Program-made: the position numbers and the translations under genes | DNA from: Verrucomicrobiota bacterium | Lineage (GTDB): Bacteria; Verrucomicrobiota; Verrucomicrobiia; Limisphaerales; AAA164-E04 | DNA length: 64,000 bases | Reading direction: 5' to 3' | Assembly: GCA_047947115.1 (NCBI GenBank) | Contig: CP170459.1 | Coordinates: 544,001 to 608,000 of the forward strand | The notes under the pieces: model-generated | Told to the model about the DNA's origin: nothing | Database searches by the model: none | Seen by the model: the letters and a program-made list of their open reading frames with translations, nothing else | Part shown: one piece after another, positions 53,734-64,000 of the stretch | How positions within the stretch are numbered: the first letter of the stretch is position 1 | Layout: every line of letters begins with the position of its first letter

Positions 53734-54561
53734 TCAATCTTCAAGAACCTTTAATTCCACTTTGCGGAATTCCACAGGATGGCTTTCAGATTGCAGGGAA
53801 ATACTCCCCCCAAACAGTCGCGCATCTCCGCCATTGGCCCCGATGAGCCATTTGGAATGAGCGTCCCCGTCGTCCAGAACAGGATGGTTCAATTCAAACA
53901 CCGTTTCACCATCCATGATGCATTTCATGGATTCATGGCCGCGGACTTCCACCTCCACCGTCACCCACTGCTCTCCATGATAGGTCTTGGAAGTGGAATT
54001 GACACAGTGTTGCTTGGTGAGTTTGCCTTTGAATTCGATGTGGGTTCCCGGGGTGCAAATGTTGGCGGTAGAGCGTTTGTTCTTACCGTCACCGCCCAGT
54101 AACTGCACTTCGATGGATGCCGGAAAATCCTGGTCCACATCCATGGTCTCAGGCAATTCACCATGCAGCATCAAACCGCTGTTGCGAATAGCCCAGCCCG
54201 GACCACCCTTGACCTGCTCGCCAACAAAGCGGTACTCGGCCCGCAAAATGTAATTCGTAAATGGCTGCTTGTAGAACAGGTGCCCGAACGTCTCTTTGAA
54301 TTCGGGGTAAGCCTGTTTATCATAACCAACCTTCAAAATGCCTCCTTCCACACGAAAAGTGTTCCCGTAATTCTCGCCCAAGGCATGATAACGAACCTTT
54401 GGCACCCACCCATCCAGGTTTTTCCCATTGAAAAGTTGGATCCATTCACCCTTGCCGGCGCCGTCAGCGGCAAGCATGCTGCTGGTGGTCAGGATCAGGA
54501 TTGAAATCCATTCAACCAGGGAGTTGACTGTGAACGCGGTCTTGTTATGGAGGAATCGCAT
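53734..54561 (-). CDS. DUF1080 (3-keto-disaccharide hydrolase-like) exported protein
   Basis: W..LFNGKNLDGW, NSG, SIEVQL, G.I.LQSESHPVEFR. Confidence 0.88.
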   Translation of the reverse strand: MRFLHNKTAFTVNSLVEWISILILTTSSMLAADGAGKGEWIQLFNGKNLDGWVPKVRYHALGENYGNTFRVEGGILKVGYDKQAYPEFKETFGHLFYKQPFTNYILRAEYRFVGEQVKGGPGWAIRNSGLMLHGELPETMDVDQDFPASIEVQLLGGDGKNKRSTANICTPGTHIEFKGKLTKQHCVNSTSKTYHGEQWVTVEVEVRGHESMKCIMDGETVFELNHPVLDDGDAHSKWLIGANGGDARLFGGSISLQSESHPVEFRKVELKVLED

Positions 54562-54689
54562 GACCCAATTGAATCAAGTTCCGCGCCACGGTTCAAGCTT
54601 CGTGTCAAGATTCAAGATCCACCTTTACATTGGAATTCAACACGGAAACAGAAGCCACCGCAGACGTTCCGCAATATAGCCTTACTTAA

Positions 54690-55613
54690 TCATTTGCTGA
54701 CGGTTGAGGGAGGATCGACAGGCGTCTTGTTTTTCTTTTTCAACCAATCTCGGTGCACACGAGCGACCTCCCCCATGTATCCATTGCTTTTGTAATGCTG
54801 AGCGGCCTTGAGCATGTAATCGAAAGATTTATCCGCATCTCCCTTCGCTTCATGATAAAGCCCCAAATACAAGTGCGCATAAAAACTCTGCCGGATAAGC
54901 CCGCCATCAACCGCAGTTCCAGCATGAGCAGCCTTTAATACATCCTCTTCCGTTCCGTACCCCTTGAACAAGGCATACACCTGCATCATGGGAACCCTGG
55001 TATCCCCATCCAAACTAATCAAGGCCTTGCGGGCAGCTTCAAATCCTTCCAATTTGGAAACACATAAAAAGTGCCAGACGGCGTTTTCCACATCGTGACT
55101 GTTCACGTTTTGGTGAGATTCGAACAATTGGCGACCTTCCTGATGCTGCCCAGTGTAATAATAGGCGATGCCAAGCTGCCACAGGAAGGGTTTCTGTTCG
55201 GGACGAAACTCGGCATACTGCTCAAAATCAGCAACCGATTTCTCAAACTCACCCAAATTAAAATACTCAATCCCCCTCCGAAACCAGGCTTCATGCCTGG
55301 AGGAATCCAACTCGATCACTTTCGAAAAATCATCGACAGCAGCCTGATAGTTCCGCTCATACTGAAGAATATATCCTCTTGCCAGATAGGCAGGAATATA
55401 CTTGTCATCCTCTTTCAAAGCATCGGCAAACAGTGACTTGGCATCGTCAATGTTTCCAGCAGTGTAGGCACTGATGGCCCGTTGATGAAACTGCTCCGCC
55501 GCCAAGGTGTCAGCATAAGTGTTGACCACCATCAACAAACATATTAACCCACCTCCGCCCACTGCGGAAACCACTCTCCAAATCCATTGGAACTTGATTC
55601 TGTTAAACTGCAT
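54690..55613 (-). CDS. TPR protein (NlpI-like)
   Basis: TPR repeats (AYLARG...Y..AV.DF.K.IELD), D.ENAVWHF.C, FYAHLYLGLY. The track start is 55649. Confidence 0.82.
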   Translation of the reverse strand: MQFNRIKFQWIWRVVSAVGGGGLICLLMVVNTYADTLAAEQFHQRAISAYTAGNIDDAKSLFADALKEDDKYIPAYLARGYILQYERNYQAAVDDFSKVIELDSSRHEAWFRRGIEYFNLGEFEKSVADFEQYAEFRPEQKPFLWQLGIAYYYTGQHQEGRQLFESHQNVNSHDVENAVWHFLCVSKLEGFEAARKALISLDGDTRVPMMQVYALFKGYGTEEDVLKAAHAGTAVDGGLIRQSFYAHLYLGLYHEAKGDADKSFDYMLKAAQHYKSNGYMGEVARVHRDWLKKKNKTPVDPPSTVSK

Positions 55614-55766
55614 AAATCCAACCAATACGTTGACTGCATACAAGGTCAAATAAAAACCATTAGCAAAAGAATAAGATACAAAGCCATAAAACCGCCTCTG
55701 CTTGGATCACAACCGCCCCCCCATTTGGAGGATGAAGAAATTGACTTTCAATGGTAGGGTGGTTGC

Positions 55767-56492
55767 GTGAGTCATCCGACATTTCAGCAAACTAAACACC
55801 GGCCATGGCCCTTGCCCAACAGGAACTGGATTGGATGCCAAGTATGGCACGATTTGTTGTTTGTTCACTGGGAAGTGGATAAAGACTGGCTTCGCAAGCA
55901 GATTCCACCTCAATTGAGCCTGGACTTATTCGATGACAAGGCATGGATCGGAATCGTTCCATTCGATATGAAAGGAGTCAGATTCCGCGGGCTCCCAGCG
56001 CCGAGTTGGATATGTGATTTTCCTGAAGTAAATGTGCGCACCTACGTGCGCTATGAGGATAAACCCGGAGTGTGGTTCTTCAGTCTGGATGTCCCTAACC
56101 CATTGGCGGTATGGGTAGCCCGAAACTTCTACCATTTACCCTATTTCAAGGCCAAAATGCACATTCGGCAGCAAGGAAGGACTTACCATTACCATCATCA
56201 ACGCGGAGCGCTGCGATTTAATTCCACCTACAAACCTCTGGGCCGAATCGAAGTGCCAAACCACTCATTCGAGACATGGTCAACCGAGCGCTATTGCCTT
56301 TATACTCAAAAAAAGGGAAGCATTCTCTACCGTGCTCAAATCCATCATCCCAAATGGCCCTTGGAACGGGCGGCATTGGACATTCATCAAAACACCTTGC
56401 TCAACCAAATTCCGGTCGGAAGACAGCATCCGGCCATCCTGTTTTCGAAAAAAATCGACGTCGTCATTTATCCGCTCGAAAAACTCACTTAG
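55767..56492 (+). CDS. YqjF/DUF2071 family protein
   Basis: HRPWPLP, Q.W.DLLF.HW, AWIGIVPF.M, FPE.NVRTYV, GVWFFSLD, TERYCLY. Confidence 0.9.
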   Translation: MSHPTFQQTKHRPWPLPNRNWIGCQVWHDLLFVHWEVDKDWLRKQIPPQLSLDLFDDKAWIGIVPFDMKGVRFRGLPAPSWICDFPEVNVRTYVRYEDKPGVWFFSLDVPNPLAVWVARNFYHLPYFKAKMHIRQQGRTYHYHHQRGALRFNSTYKPLGRIEVPNHSFETWSTERYCLYTQKKGSILYRAQIHHPKWPLERAALDIHQNTLLNQIPVGRQHPAILFSKKIDVVIYPLEKLT

Positions 56493-56570
56493 ATAAAATA
56501 CGGCTCACACATTGAGTATGCTCAGCCGCATCTTATTGACTCCATACCCATTATCATCATCAGCTCACTC

Positions 56571-57293
56571 ATGAACGCTCAGAATACTGTTGGAAACATA
56601 TTGAAAGAACTCGGGAAACTGGGCACTCCCAGCACCAAACGCATGCTGATGAACAATCACGGCATTAAGGAACCTTGCTTTGGCGTAAAAATTGGGGATA
56701 TGAAGCCCATTGTCAAACGCATCAAGTCCGACTATCAGCTAGCTCTGGACCTGTATGCAACCGGAAACTACGATGCGATGTATTTGGCGGGACTGATCGC
56801 AGAAGACGAAAGAATGACAAAAAAGGACCTCCAACAATGGGCCAAGAAAGCTTACGGAGGCTCTTTACCGGGATACACAGTTGCATGGGTGGCGGCGGGC
56901 AGCAGGCACGGCTGGGAAATGGGATTAAAATGGATCGAATCCCCCAAAGCACATGTCGCGGCGGCTGGATGGAGCACCCTGGCATGCCTTATGGGAATGA
57001 ACCCAGATGAAGAAATTGACCTGCCCCATGTGAAAAAATTGATTGAGCGTATTATAAAAACCATTCATGAAGTAGCGGATTTGGTCCGGTACTTCATGAA
57101 CGGATTCCTGATTGCCGTTGGATGCGGAGTCTCATCCTTGACGGATACCATTAAAAAAGCAGCCCAAAAAATAGGTCCGGTGAAAGTTTATTTGGGAAAT
57201 AATCAATGCAAAACACCCTCAATCGAGGACTATATCCTTAAAGTGGAACAAAGGGGCGGTATCGGCAAAAAGAGAAAAAACATAAAATGTTGA
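56571..57293 (+). CDS. DNA alkylation repair protein (AlkD-like HEAT family)
   Basis: FGVKIGD.K, LAL.LY.TGNYDAMYLAGLI, WI.S......AGW, VRY.MN.F.IAVG, GKKRK..KC. Confidence 0.82.
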   Translation: MNAQNTVGNILKELGKLGTPSTKRMLMNNHGIKEPCFGVKIGDMKPIVKRIKSDYQLALDLYATGNYDAMYLAGLIAEDERMTKKDLQQWAKKAYGGSLPGYTVAWVAAGSRHGWEMGLKWIESPKAHVAAAGWSTLACLMGMNPDEEIDLPHVKKLIERIIKTIHEVADLVRYFMNGFLIAVGCGVSSLTDTIKKAAQKIGPVKVYLGNNQCKTPSIEDYILKVEQRGGIGKKRKNIKC

Positions 57294-57389
57294 GCCGGCA
57301 CGAAGAGTTGCCAATGAGGCAAAAGTGTCAATAGTTGGGACTGACCCCCAAACTTGACACATGGTCGTAAAACTCTATATTGCACGATA

Positions 57390-58640
57390 ATGGCTGACGA
57401 AACCTTTTCCGAGCAGGAGCTTTCCCGGGTTTCGGAGGAATTCCTATCGCTCAAGCGGTTCACCTCCGGAGGACGTGGACCTTGGCATGCCGTTCCGGAT
57501 TCCGATTGGAATGACTGGAAATGGCAACTTAAGCATCGCATCAACAACCTGGAACATCTGGAAGCGAATCTCACGTATCTTTCCGCCGAAGAAATCCAGG
57601 GCGCGGAGCTGGCCAACACCAAATTAGCCCTCGGAATCACTCCCTACTTTTTCAACCTGATGGACACGAGCAACCCCCGGTGTCCCATACGCCGCCAAGT
57701 CGTGCCACGGGTGGAAGAAACGCACCAAACCTCATGGGACATGTCAGATCCCTGCGGAGAGGATGACCATTCCCCGGTTCCCGGGTTGGTTCATCGCTAT
57801 CCAGATCGAGTACTGTTTCTGGTAACCGACCGATGTGCGGCCTATTGCCGATATTGCACCCGCTCGCGCCTGGTCAGCAATGCTTCCGGTTATGGTTTCA
57901 CTCCGGACTATCAACGACAAATCGACTATATCCGAAGGCATCCTGAAATCCGGGACGTGCTTCTCAGCGGAGGCGATCCTTTGTTGCTGAGCGACACCAA
58001 ACTGGAGTTCTTGCTCAAATCACTCCGCGACATCCCTCATTTGGAGTTTATCCGGATCGGCAGTCGCATACCCATTTTCCTCCCACAACGCATCACTCCT
58101 GATTTGTGCGAGATGCTCAAGCAATTCCACCCTCTTTTCATGAGCATTCACACGAACCACCCCAGAGAGTTAACCCTGGAAGTTAAGGAAGGATTGGAAC
58201 GGCTGGCTAATGCAGGCATTCCGCTGGGCAATCAGTCCGTTTTGTTGAGAGGGGTCAACGATTCCGTTCCGATCATGAAGGCTCTGATTCAAAAGCTGCT
58301 GATGTGTCGGGTCCGGCCTTACTACCTTTACCAATGCGACCTGATTTCAGGCTCCTCCCACCTGCGCACAAGCGTCAGGAAAGGCATTGAGATCATGCGG
58401 CAGCTTCGGGGGCACACCACCGGTTACGCAGTGCCTCAGTATGTGATTGACGCTCCGGGTGGCGGAGGGAAAGTCCCGATCAATCCGGAATACATACTCA
58501 GCCACAACAACGAACGCGTGGTGATCCGGAATTTCGAAGGCAAAGTGTTTGAGTACCCCGAGCAAGTCGATCTGCCCGAGACTCAAGAGGATTCCATTGC
58601 CTGCTGCAGCCAGACCGCTGAAGGCATTTCGCAAGACTGA
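57390..58640 (+). CDS. kamA: KamA-family radical SAM aminomutase (lysine 2,3-aminomutase-like)
   Basis: WNDWKWQ, HRYPDRVLF, CAAYCRYCTR, SGGDPL, NQSVLL.GVND, PYYLYQCD, DAPGGGGK. Start moved to ATG 57390. Confidence 0.9.
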   Translation: MADETFSEQELSRVSEEFLSLKRFTSGGRGPWHAVPDSDWNDWKWQLKHRINNLEHLEANLTYLSAEEIQGAELANTKLALGITPYFFNLMDTSNPRCPIRRQVVPRVEETHQTSWDMSDPCGEDDHSPVPGLVHRYPDRVLFLVTDRCAAYCRYCTRSRLVSNASGYGFTPDYQRQIDYIRRHPEIRDVLLSGGDPLLLSDTKLEFLLKSLRDIPHLEFIRIGSRIPIFLPQRITPDLCEMLKQFHPLFMSIHTNHPRELTLEVKEGLERLANAGIPLGNQSVLLRGVNDSVPIMKALIQKLLMCRVRPYYLYQCDLISGSSHLRTSVRKGIEIMRQLRGHTTGYAVPQYVIDAPGGGGKVPINPEYILSHNNERVVIRNFEGKVFEYPEQVDLPETQEDSIACCSQTAEGISQD

Positions 58641-58660
58641 AAATCGCCTGAGCTTTCAAC

Positions 58661-59314
58661 ATGCCCAGAGAATCACTTCAGTCCAAACGTGATCGCATGG
58701 CAAGGGTCATCCAAGGATTGAGGCATACCTACCCGGATGCGCACTGTGAGTTGAACTACAGCAATCCGCTTCAGCTTTTGATCGCAACAATCCTCTCAGC
58801 TCAATGCACGGACAAGCAAGTCAACATCGTCACCGAATCCTTGTTCAAGAAATACCGTTCAGCTGATGATTATGCCGCAGCCTCGCAAGAGGCGTTGGAG
58901 TCGGACATTCGCCGCATAGGCCTATTTAGGAGCAAGGCCAGGAATATCCGCCTTTGCTGCCGAACTCTGGTGGAAGAACACCAGGGCAAAGTCCCGCCGC
59001 ACATGTCCTCCCTCATCCAACTGGCAGGAGTCGGCAGAAAAACCGCCAACGTCGTCCTTGGCAACGCGTTTGACATCAATGAAGGAATCGTGGTCGACAC
59101 CCATGTCAAACGCCTTTCAGAGCGACTGCGTTTCTCAAAAGCGACCCATCCGGAAAAAGTAGAAACAGATCTTCAAAAACTGGTACCAAAAGAAGAGTGG
59201 ACCCTGATCAGTCATTGGCTGATCTGGCATGGAAGGCGCCGGTGCCCGGCAAGAAAGCCTCAGTGCCAGGAATGCGAAATCAACAAACTCTGTCCGTCTG
59301 GTTTCCTTGCCTAG
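58661..59314 (+). CDS. nth: Endonuclease III
   Basis: LIATILSAQCTD..VN, L.GVGRKTANVVL, VDTHV.R, C.ARKP.C..C.....CP 4Fe-4S motif. Confidence 0.96.
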   Translation: MPRESLQSKRDRMARVIQGLRHTYPDAHCELNYSNPLQLLIATILSAQCTDKQVNIVTESLFKKYRSADDYAAASQEALESDIRRIGLFRSKARNIRLCCRTLVEEHQGKVPPHMSSLIQLAGVGRKTANVVLGNAFDINEGIVVDTHVKRLSERLRFSKATHPEKVETDLQKLVPKEEWTLISHWLIWHGRRRCPARKPQCQECEINKLCPSGFLA

Positions 59315-59340
59315 CCCACGGGGGAAATTCCACACGGCAC

Positions 59341-59372
59341 AAAAAAACGCCCCAGGTTGATACCCAGGGCGT
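59341..59372 (-). terminator. Probable terminator after the prepilin-like gene
   Basis: ACGCCC...GGGCGT imperfect stem with T-run on the minus strand. Confidence 0.55.
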
Positions 59373-59401
59373 GTGATGAGATTTAATTCGAAAACTTCGG
59401 A

Positions 59402-60175
59402 TCAACGACCACGGAAATCTTCGTCACCAGGAGCGGCAATTTGCACTTCGCTCAGCTGGGTGTCACGGATACCAACACGGAGTTTGGAATCGGTGAAACC
59501 CTGAACGGAACCGTCACCCAGAACCGTGTTACCGGAGGTATCATGGATGTTCTTGTCATAACCAGGAGAAGGTTCTGGCAAGGGTGGCGGATCATTGCGG
59601 CGAGCACGCATGCGGAAACGGAATACGATGCCGGAGCTGATGTCGGTGCGGTCCGAGTTGGTGATGTTACGATCACCGGACAGCAAGCTCTGAGGCAGTG
59701 TTTCGTCTGCTTCAAATCCAACGAAGTAACTGATGTTCTGGTTGGAGTTGAAGGCAGTCTGCACGTTGTCAGAGCTGGAACGGATACGATTGGTGTTCCA
59801 GGTGGAGGATTCCACACGTCCCAAACCGTCACTCGGGCAGAGGACGATCTTAGGCGTCTGCAATTCGTTTGAAAGCGAGAGGAAGTGTCTCCACACCAAT
59901 CCGGCTCCCGAACGAAGTTCCGCAGCACTGGATGATCCACCCTGATCATCAGGTACAGCCATGGGGTACAAATCCCCATTGTCCGTAGCGAAAATGCGGA
60001 AGGCCAACCCGACGTTCTTCAGGTTGCTCACACATTTGATTTTCTGCGCCTTTGCCTTGGCCTTGGCCAACGCCGGCAACAGCATGCCCGCCAAAATGGC
60101 GATGATTGCAATCACGACCAGCAGCTCGATGAGCGTGAATGCACCTAATTTGGTTTTACGCAAATGTTGGTTCAT
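59402..60175 (-). CDS. Prepilin-type N-terminal cleavage/methylation protein with H-X9-DG motif
   Basis: [54 protein letters not shown]. Confidence 0.9.
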   Translation of the reverse strand: MNQHLRKTKLGAFTLIELLVVIAIIAILAGMLLPALAKAKAKAQKIKCVSNLKNVGLAFRIFATDNGDLYPMAVPDDQGGSSSAAELRSGAGLVWRHFLSLSNELQTPKIVLCPSDGLGRVESSTWNTNRIRSSSDNVQTAFNSNQNISYFVGFEADETLPQSLLSGDRNITNSDRTDISSGIVFRFRMRARRNDPPPLPEPSPGYDKNIHDTSGNTVLGDGSVQGFTDSKLRVGIRDTQLSEVQIAAPGDEDFRGR

Positions 60176-60320
60176 ACTAATTACGTTTGTTTATTATATG
60201 TCAATTTTTGGGTTGCTCAGGGGAAGCATGTACAAATCAACTCTGTGTTACTATCGGTGTTTGCACTAATAATATATCAGGGTTTACTTGTATCAACAAG
60301 CTGCGCGTCATGAAATCAAA

Positions 60321-61016
60321 TCACAAACTGCTCTTCCCCTCAACCCAGCGAACGGCAAACTGAATCAGCTCGGAGCGGGACTGGACATGCAATTTCTGAC
60401 GGATATGCGCCCGGTGAGTCTCGACTGTTTTGATACTCATATGCAATAGATTGGAAATATCCCGAGAAGTTCTTCCCCGCCCGATCTGGTCGAGCACTTC
60501 CAGTTCGCGATCCGTCAACTGATCCACCGGTGAAAAGGCGGAAGAGACCGCCCTGCCACTCAACCTGTCCAGCATGCGAACGTTCATTTCGGGACTCAGA
60601 TAGACAGCGCCTGAGAGCACCTTGACCACCGCTTCCACCAATACGGATGGAGGATGGGACTTCATCAAATACCCGCGTCCACCTGCGGTTAACACTCGTT
60701 CTGCATAGTAATGTTCCTCATGCATGGAGTAGACCAACACATTAAGTTCCGGGAGACGTCTGCGTGCTTCTTTGATAAACTCCAATCCGCTATGTCCCTC
60801 CAAAGTCAGATCGGCAATGACAAGGTCAGGAAGCAGAACCTGAACTTTCTCAAGCGCTTCATGCACATTATCAGCCTCGCCACAGATCCTGAACCCAGGC
60901 TCATCTTCCAGCAGATGCTTGATTCCGTGGCGCATCATGGGATGATCTTCCAACAGAAAAATCCTGTTGGATGCAGGCGGCAGCTTTGACTGAAGCTTGT
61001 CGGCGGTTTGATTCAT
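60321..61016 (-). CDS. NarL/FixJ-family response regulator
   Basis: LLEDHP..R.G, PDLVIADL, YSMH, GYLMK, LTDRELEVL...S.KTVETHR..I..KL. Start moved to ATG 61016. Confidence 0.92.
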   Translation of the reverse strand: MNQTADKLQSKLPPASNRIFLLEDHPMMRHGIKHLLEDEPGFRICGEADNVHEALEKVQVLLPDLVIADLTLEGHSGLEFIKEARRRLPELNVLVYSMHEEHYYAERVLTAGGRGYLMKSHPPSVLVEAVVKVLSGAVYLSPEMNVRMLDRLSGRAVSSAFSPVDQLTDRELEVLDQIGRGRTSRDISNLLHMSIKTVETHRAHIRQKLHVQSRSELIQFAVRWVEGKSSL

Positions 61017-61105
61017 GGCACTTCCCATCCTGGTGTGGGACACTCGAACCAAATGCAGGAGGATCGATTGATTGGCAATACTTTTATGCGCAAGGGATGC
61101 ACAAA

Positions 61106-62260
61106 ATGATTTTGGTTTTGGCAGATGATTTCTCGGGGGCAGCCGAATTAGCGGGCATCGCCCATCATCTTGGTTTTTCCGCGGAAGTCCAGACCCGCTT
61201 CGATGCCGGCAGCACTTCGGAAGTGGTCGCACTGGACACGCAAACACGCGCCCTTCCCAAAAAGGAAGCGGTAGATCGCCTGCAAAACATCCTGGATGCC
61301 ATCGAAAATCAACCCTATTCCTGGATCTACAAGAAAGTCGATTCGGTCATGCGCGGGCACGTACTGGCAGAGACGGAGACGATCATGTCAAAGGCGCGAT
61401 TGGAGCAGGCAGTCATCATTTCAGCCAACCCATCCAAAGGTAGGATTGTCCGTAACGGTCATTACTGGATCCACCAGACTCCGCTTCAGCAAACGTTATT
61501 TGCCAAAGACCCCACCTTTCCAGCGCTGACGTCCAATGTCCTTAAACTTTTGGGAGCAGCTTCGCAACAGGTCGTGCATTCGGTCACATCCTTCGAAAGC
61601 ACACTACCACCGGGTGTCCTGGTCCCGGATGTGGAACTCCCGAGGGATGTTGCAGGCTGGGCTAAATCGTTGCCATCATCCTGTCTCGCCGTTGGAGGTG
61701 TCGACTTCTTCAAAGCAATACTGAACCAAAGGCACCCGAAGAGAAAAGGCCCGTTAAACAGCAACCACCCCACTCGCCCGACGTCACGTATCCTAGTTTG
61801 CGGCAGTCTGGCTGCATGCCAATCAGGCAGGATGGATTTCTGGAGTCAGCGCTCCCTCCCTGTATTTCTGTTGCCTAAGGAGTGGCTGGCATCTCGAAAA
61901 GCAGACCTGCCGCCTTCTTGGGCAAAACCAGTGCTGGATTCCATCAAGGAGGGAGCTTTCTGCATGATCGGCATTGGGGAGCATGACTTGGAATGCGGCA
62001 TGGACACAGCTTTGCCTGCAAAACGTCTGGTGTTGGCCATTGACAAGCTGAACCGAGCCCATCCGATCAACCAAATTCTGGTGGAAGGGGGCGAAACGGC
62101 GATTCTCCTCATGCAATCACTGAGCCATCACCAGTTCTCTGTCATCCACAGTTCTCCGGAAGGTATCCCCGAACTGGTCCCCGTCGGGCACACCACCCCA
62201 CGCATCGTCCCCAAACCAGGCAGTTACCCCTGGCCGGATGAATTCCTTGATACCGATTAG
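61106..62260 (+). CDS. Four-carbon acid sugar kinase family (DUF1537) protein
   Basis: VLADDFSGA.E, DT.TR, YKKVDS..RG, GR, VEGGETA, KPGS. Start moved to ATG 61106. Confidence 0.82.
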   Translation: MILVLADDFSGAAELAGIAHHLGFSAEVQTRFDAGSTSEVVALDTQTRALPKKEAVDRLQNILDAIENQPYSWIYKKVDSVMRGHVLAETETIMSKARLEQAVIISANPSKGRIVRNGHYWIHQTPLQQTLFAKDPTFPALTSNVLKLLGAASQQVVHSVTSFESTLPPGVLVPDVELPRDVAGWAKSLPSSCLAVGGVDFFKAILNQRHPKRKGPLNSNHPTRPTSRILVCGSLAACQSGRMDFWSQRSLPVFLLPKEWLASRKADLPPSWAKPVLDSIKEGAFCMIGIGEHDLECGMDTALPAKRLVLAIDKLNRAHPINQILVEGGETAILLMQSLSHHQFSVIHSSPEGIPELVPVGHTTPRIVPKPGSYPWPDEFLDTD

Positions 62261-62281
62261 AGATGAGGTTTCAATAGCCGG

Positions 62282-63208
62282 ATGCATTTCAAGCTTCATC
62301 AGAACAGGAATGAATCTAGCCGGCTGCCTTGGTTGGTCACCGTCCTCCTGTCCATCATGATTCAAACGACCGCCCTCGCCCAACCCGCCACCATGGAAAT
62401 CGAAAAAGACATCACCTATGCCCATACGGGAACGCGCGCATTGAAGCTCGATCTTTACCATCCCAGCCAATCCGGCGACCAACCCTTGATTGTCTGGATT
62501 CACGGGGGCGCGTGGCGAGCAGGAGACAAGTCAAGCATGCCATTGAAATCACTGGTCGAAGATGGTTTTCAGATCGCCAGCATCGACTATCGATTAACAA
62601 CGGAGGCCCGATTTCCAGCCAACGTGCACGACATCAAGGCAGCCATTCGGTACTTGAGAGCCAACGGTGCCCAACACAAACTCAACACAAACACCATACT
62701 GATTGCGGGCGCATCGGCGGGCGGCCATCTTGCAGCCCTGGTGGGCGTCAGCAATGGTCAAGAAGCGCTGGAAGGAACATTGGGGAAACACACCACAACC
62801 TCTTCGGACGTACAAGGCATCGTGTCCTTTTATGGAGCCTCCAATCTGACAAGCATTCTCAACCAGTCCACACCCCATGGACTCGGCGTTCGCATCCCCG
62901 CCTTGCAACTCCTGCTGGGCGGACAACCCGGGGACAAAGTCGAGCTCGCCGAACTGGCCAGCCCGGTGTTTCATGTGGGGCCAAACGATCCTCCGCTCCT
63001 CCTCATCCATGGCGACCAGGACCCGCAAATGCCCATCAACCAATCCCACGAACTGGTCGGGGCATACAAACTGCACAACCTACCCGTGCACCTGGAAGTC
63101 ATCCACGGAGCTGCCCACGGTGGAGCAACTTTTTATGACACCCCACGAATGGAACTGCTGAAGGCATTTTTAAAAGAACACCGCTTGCATACTGCCGCTA
63201 AAGATTGA
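62282..63208 (+). CDS. Alpha/beta hydrolase (esterase/lipase, HSL-like)
   Basis: WIHGGAW..G.K, SIDYRL, GASAGGHLA, HGDQD, GAAHG. Confidence 0.9.
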   Translation: MHFKLHQNRNESSRLPWLVTVLLSIMIQTTALAQPATMEIEKDITYAHTGTRALKLDLYHPSQSGDQPLIVWIHGGAWRAGDKSSMPLKSLVEDGFQIASIDYRLTTEARFPANVHDIKAAIRYLRANGAQHKLNTNTILIAGASAGGHLAALVGVSNGQEALEGTLGKHTTTSSDVQGIVSFYGASNLTSILNQSTPHGLGVRIPALQLLLGGQPGDKVELAELASPVFHVGPNDPPLLLIHGDQDPQMPINQSHELVGAYKLHNLPVHLEVIHGAAHGGATFYDTPRMELLKAFLKEHRLHTAAKD

Positions 63209-63233
63209 AGGATGACCCATCTTCGCACCGGGC

Positions 63234-64000
63234 ATGAAAACAGCCATCAAGTGGATCAGCACTCTCTGCGCCATCATAACCTGCCAGGCAGAGTCCCGGG
63301 CTCCTGATTGGAGTCGTGAGGCGGTGTGGTATCAGATCTTTCCCGAACGATTTGCAAACGGCGATCCCAGCAATGACCCGGTCCGGGAAAGCCTGTTCGG
63401 CACCTGGCCATACCTGGTCCCTGAGGATTGGGAAGTGTCCCCTTGGACTCAGGATTGGTATGAACAACAACCCTGGGAAAAAAACACCGGTAAGGACTTT
63501 TATTACACCGCTCAGTTGCGACGATTTGGTGGCGACATCCAGGGCATTCTCAACAAGCTCGATTACCTTCAGGATCTGGGCGTCAACACCCTCTATCTGA
63601 ATCCTGTATTCGACTCAGCTTCGCTGCACAAATACGGCGCCACCTACTTTCATCACGTCGATCGTCATTTTGGTCCCGACCCAATGGGTGACACGGCATT
63701 GTTTGCCAAGGAAAACCCGGTGGAGCCTTCCACATGGAAGTGGTCGGCCGCCGACCAGCTCTTTTTGAACCTGATCAATGAGGTCCATCGTCGCAGCATG
63801 CGCATTATTATTGATGGCGTTTTCAACCACGTCGGCATTCCTTTCTGGGCGTTTCAACACGCCATTGAAAACGGACCAGAGGGCCCTTACGCATCCTGGT
63901 TTCACATCGATCAGTGGGACGATCCCTCCACCGATGCAAATGAACTTGTTTACCATGGGTGGGTGGGTGTCCAGGACCTCCCTGAACTGCGCAAAAACGA
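63234..64000 (+). CDS. GH13 alpha-amylase/cyclomaltodextrinase-like protein (truncated by window end; not in ORF track)
   Basis: Hand translation: MKTAIKW...PDWSREAVWYQIFPERFANGD...RRFGGDIQGILNKLDYLQDLGVNTLYLNPVF...HKY...IIIDGVFNHVG. Confidence 0.9.
   Translation, partial: MKTAIKWISTLCAIITCQAESRAPDWSREAVWYQIFPERFANGDPSNDPVRESLFGTWPYLVPEDWEVSPWTQDWYEQQPWEKNTGKDFYYTAQLRRFGGDIQGILNKLDYLQDLGVNTLYLNPVFDSASLHKYGATYFHHVDRHFGPDPMGDTALFAKENPVEPSTWKWSAADQLFLNLINEVHRRSMRIIIDGVFNHVGIPFWAFQHAIENGPEGPYASWFHIDQWDDPSTDANELVYHGWVGVQDLPELRKN

Overview
A 64-kb, gene-dense, mostly core-chromosome segment. The gene repertoire suggests a Verrucomicrobiota-like (PVC) bacterium: a PEP-CTERM protein, a prepilin/H-X9-DG protein, a WD40 Ser/Thr kinase paired with an ECF sigma factor, two sulfatases, and DUF1080, ThuA and YHYH proteins. 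The taxon is inferred, not proven. The window opens inside an apparently intact ISL3-family insertion sequence whose transposase is missing from the ORF track, and it ends inside a GH13 gene that is also missing from the track. Housekeeping and repair genes include tag, ligA, mutS, hisH, queD, gap, ilvB, xseA, a kamA-family gene and nth. Other loci are a sorAB-like sulfite dehydrogenase, an eboD-eboF pair, modABC with a duplicated ModA, and a luxE-luxC pair without luciferase next to queD. No rRNA, tRNA, CRISPR array or prophage was seen. The strongest unannotated signals are: (1) a ~115-nt branched RNA-like structure plus a start-codon-masking hairpin in the ISL3 non-coding end; (2) a complete Val/Leu leader-peptide attenuator before ilvB; (3) the luxE-luxC-queD run; (4) repeated TANNNT-6 nt-start codon (leaderless) architecture; and (5) clamp-binding-like terminal peptides on LigA and XseA as well as MutS. 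All calls come from reading motifs by eye; no database search or folding program was run.
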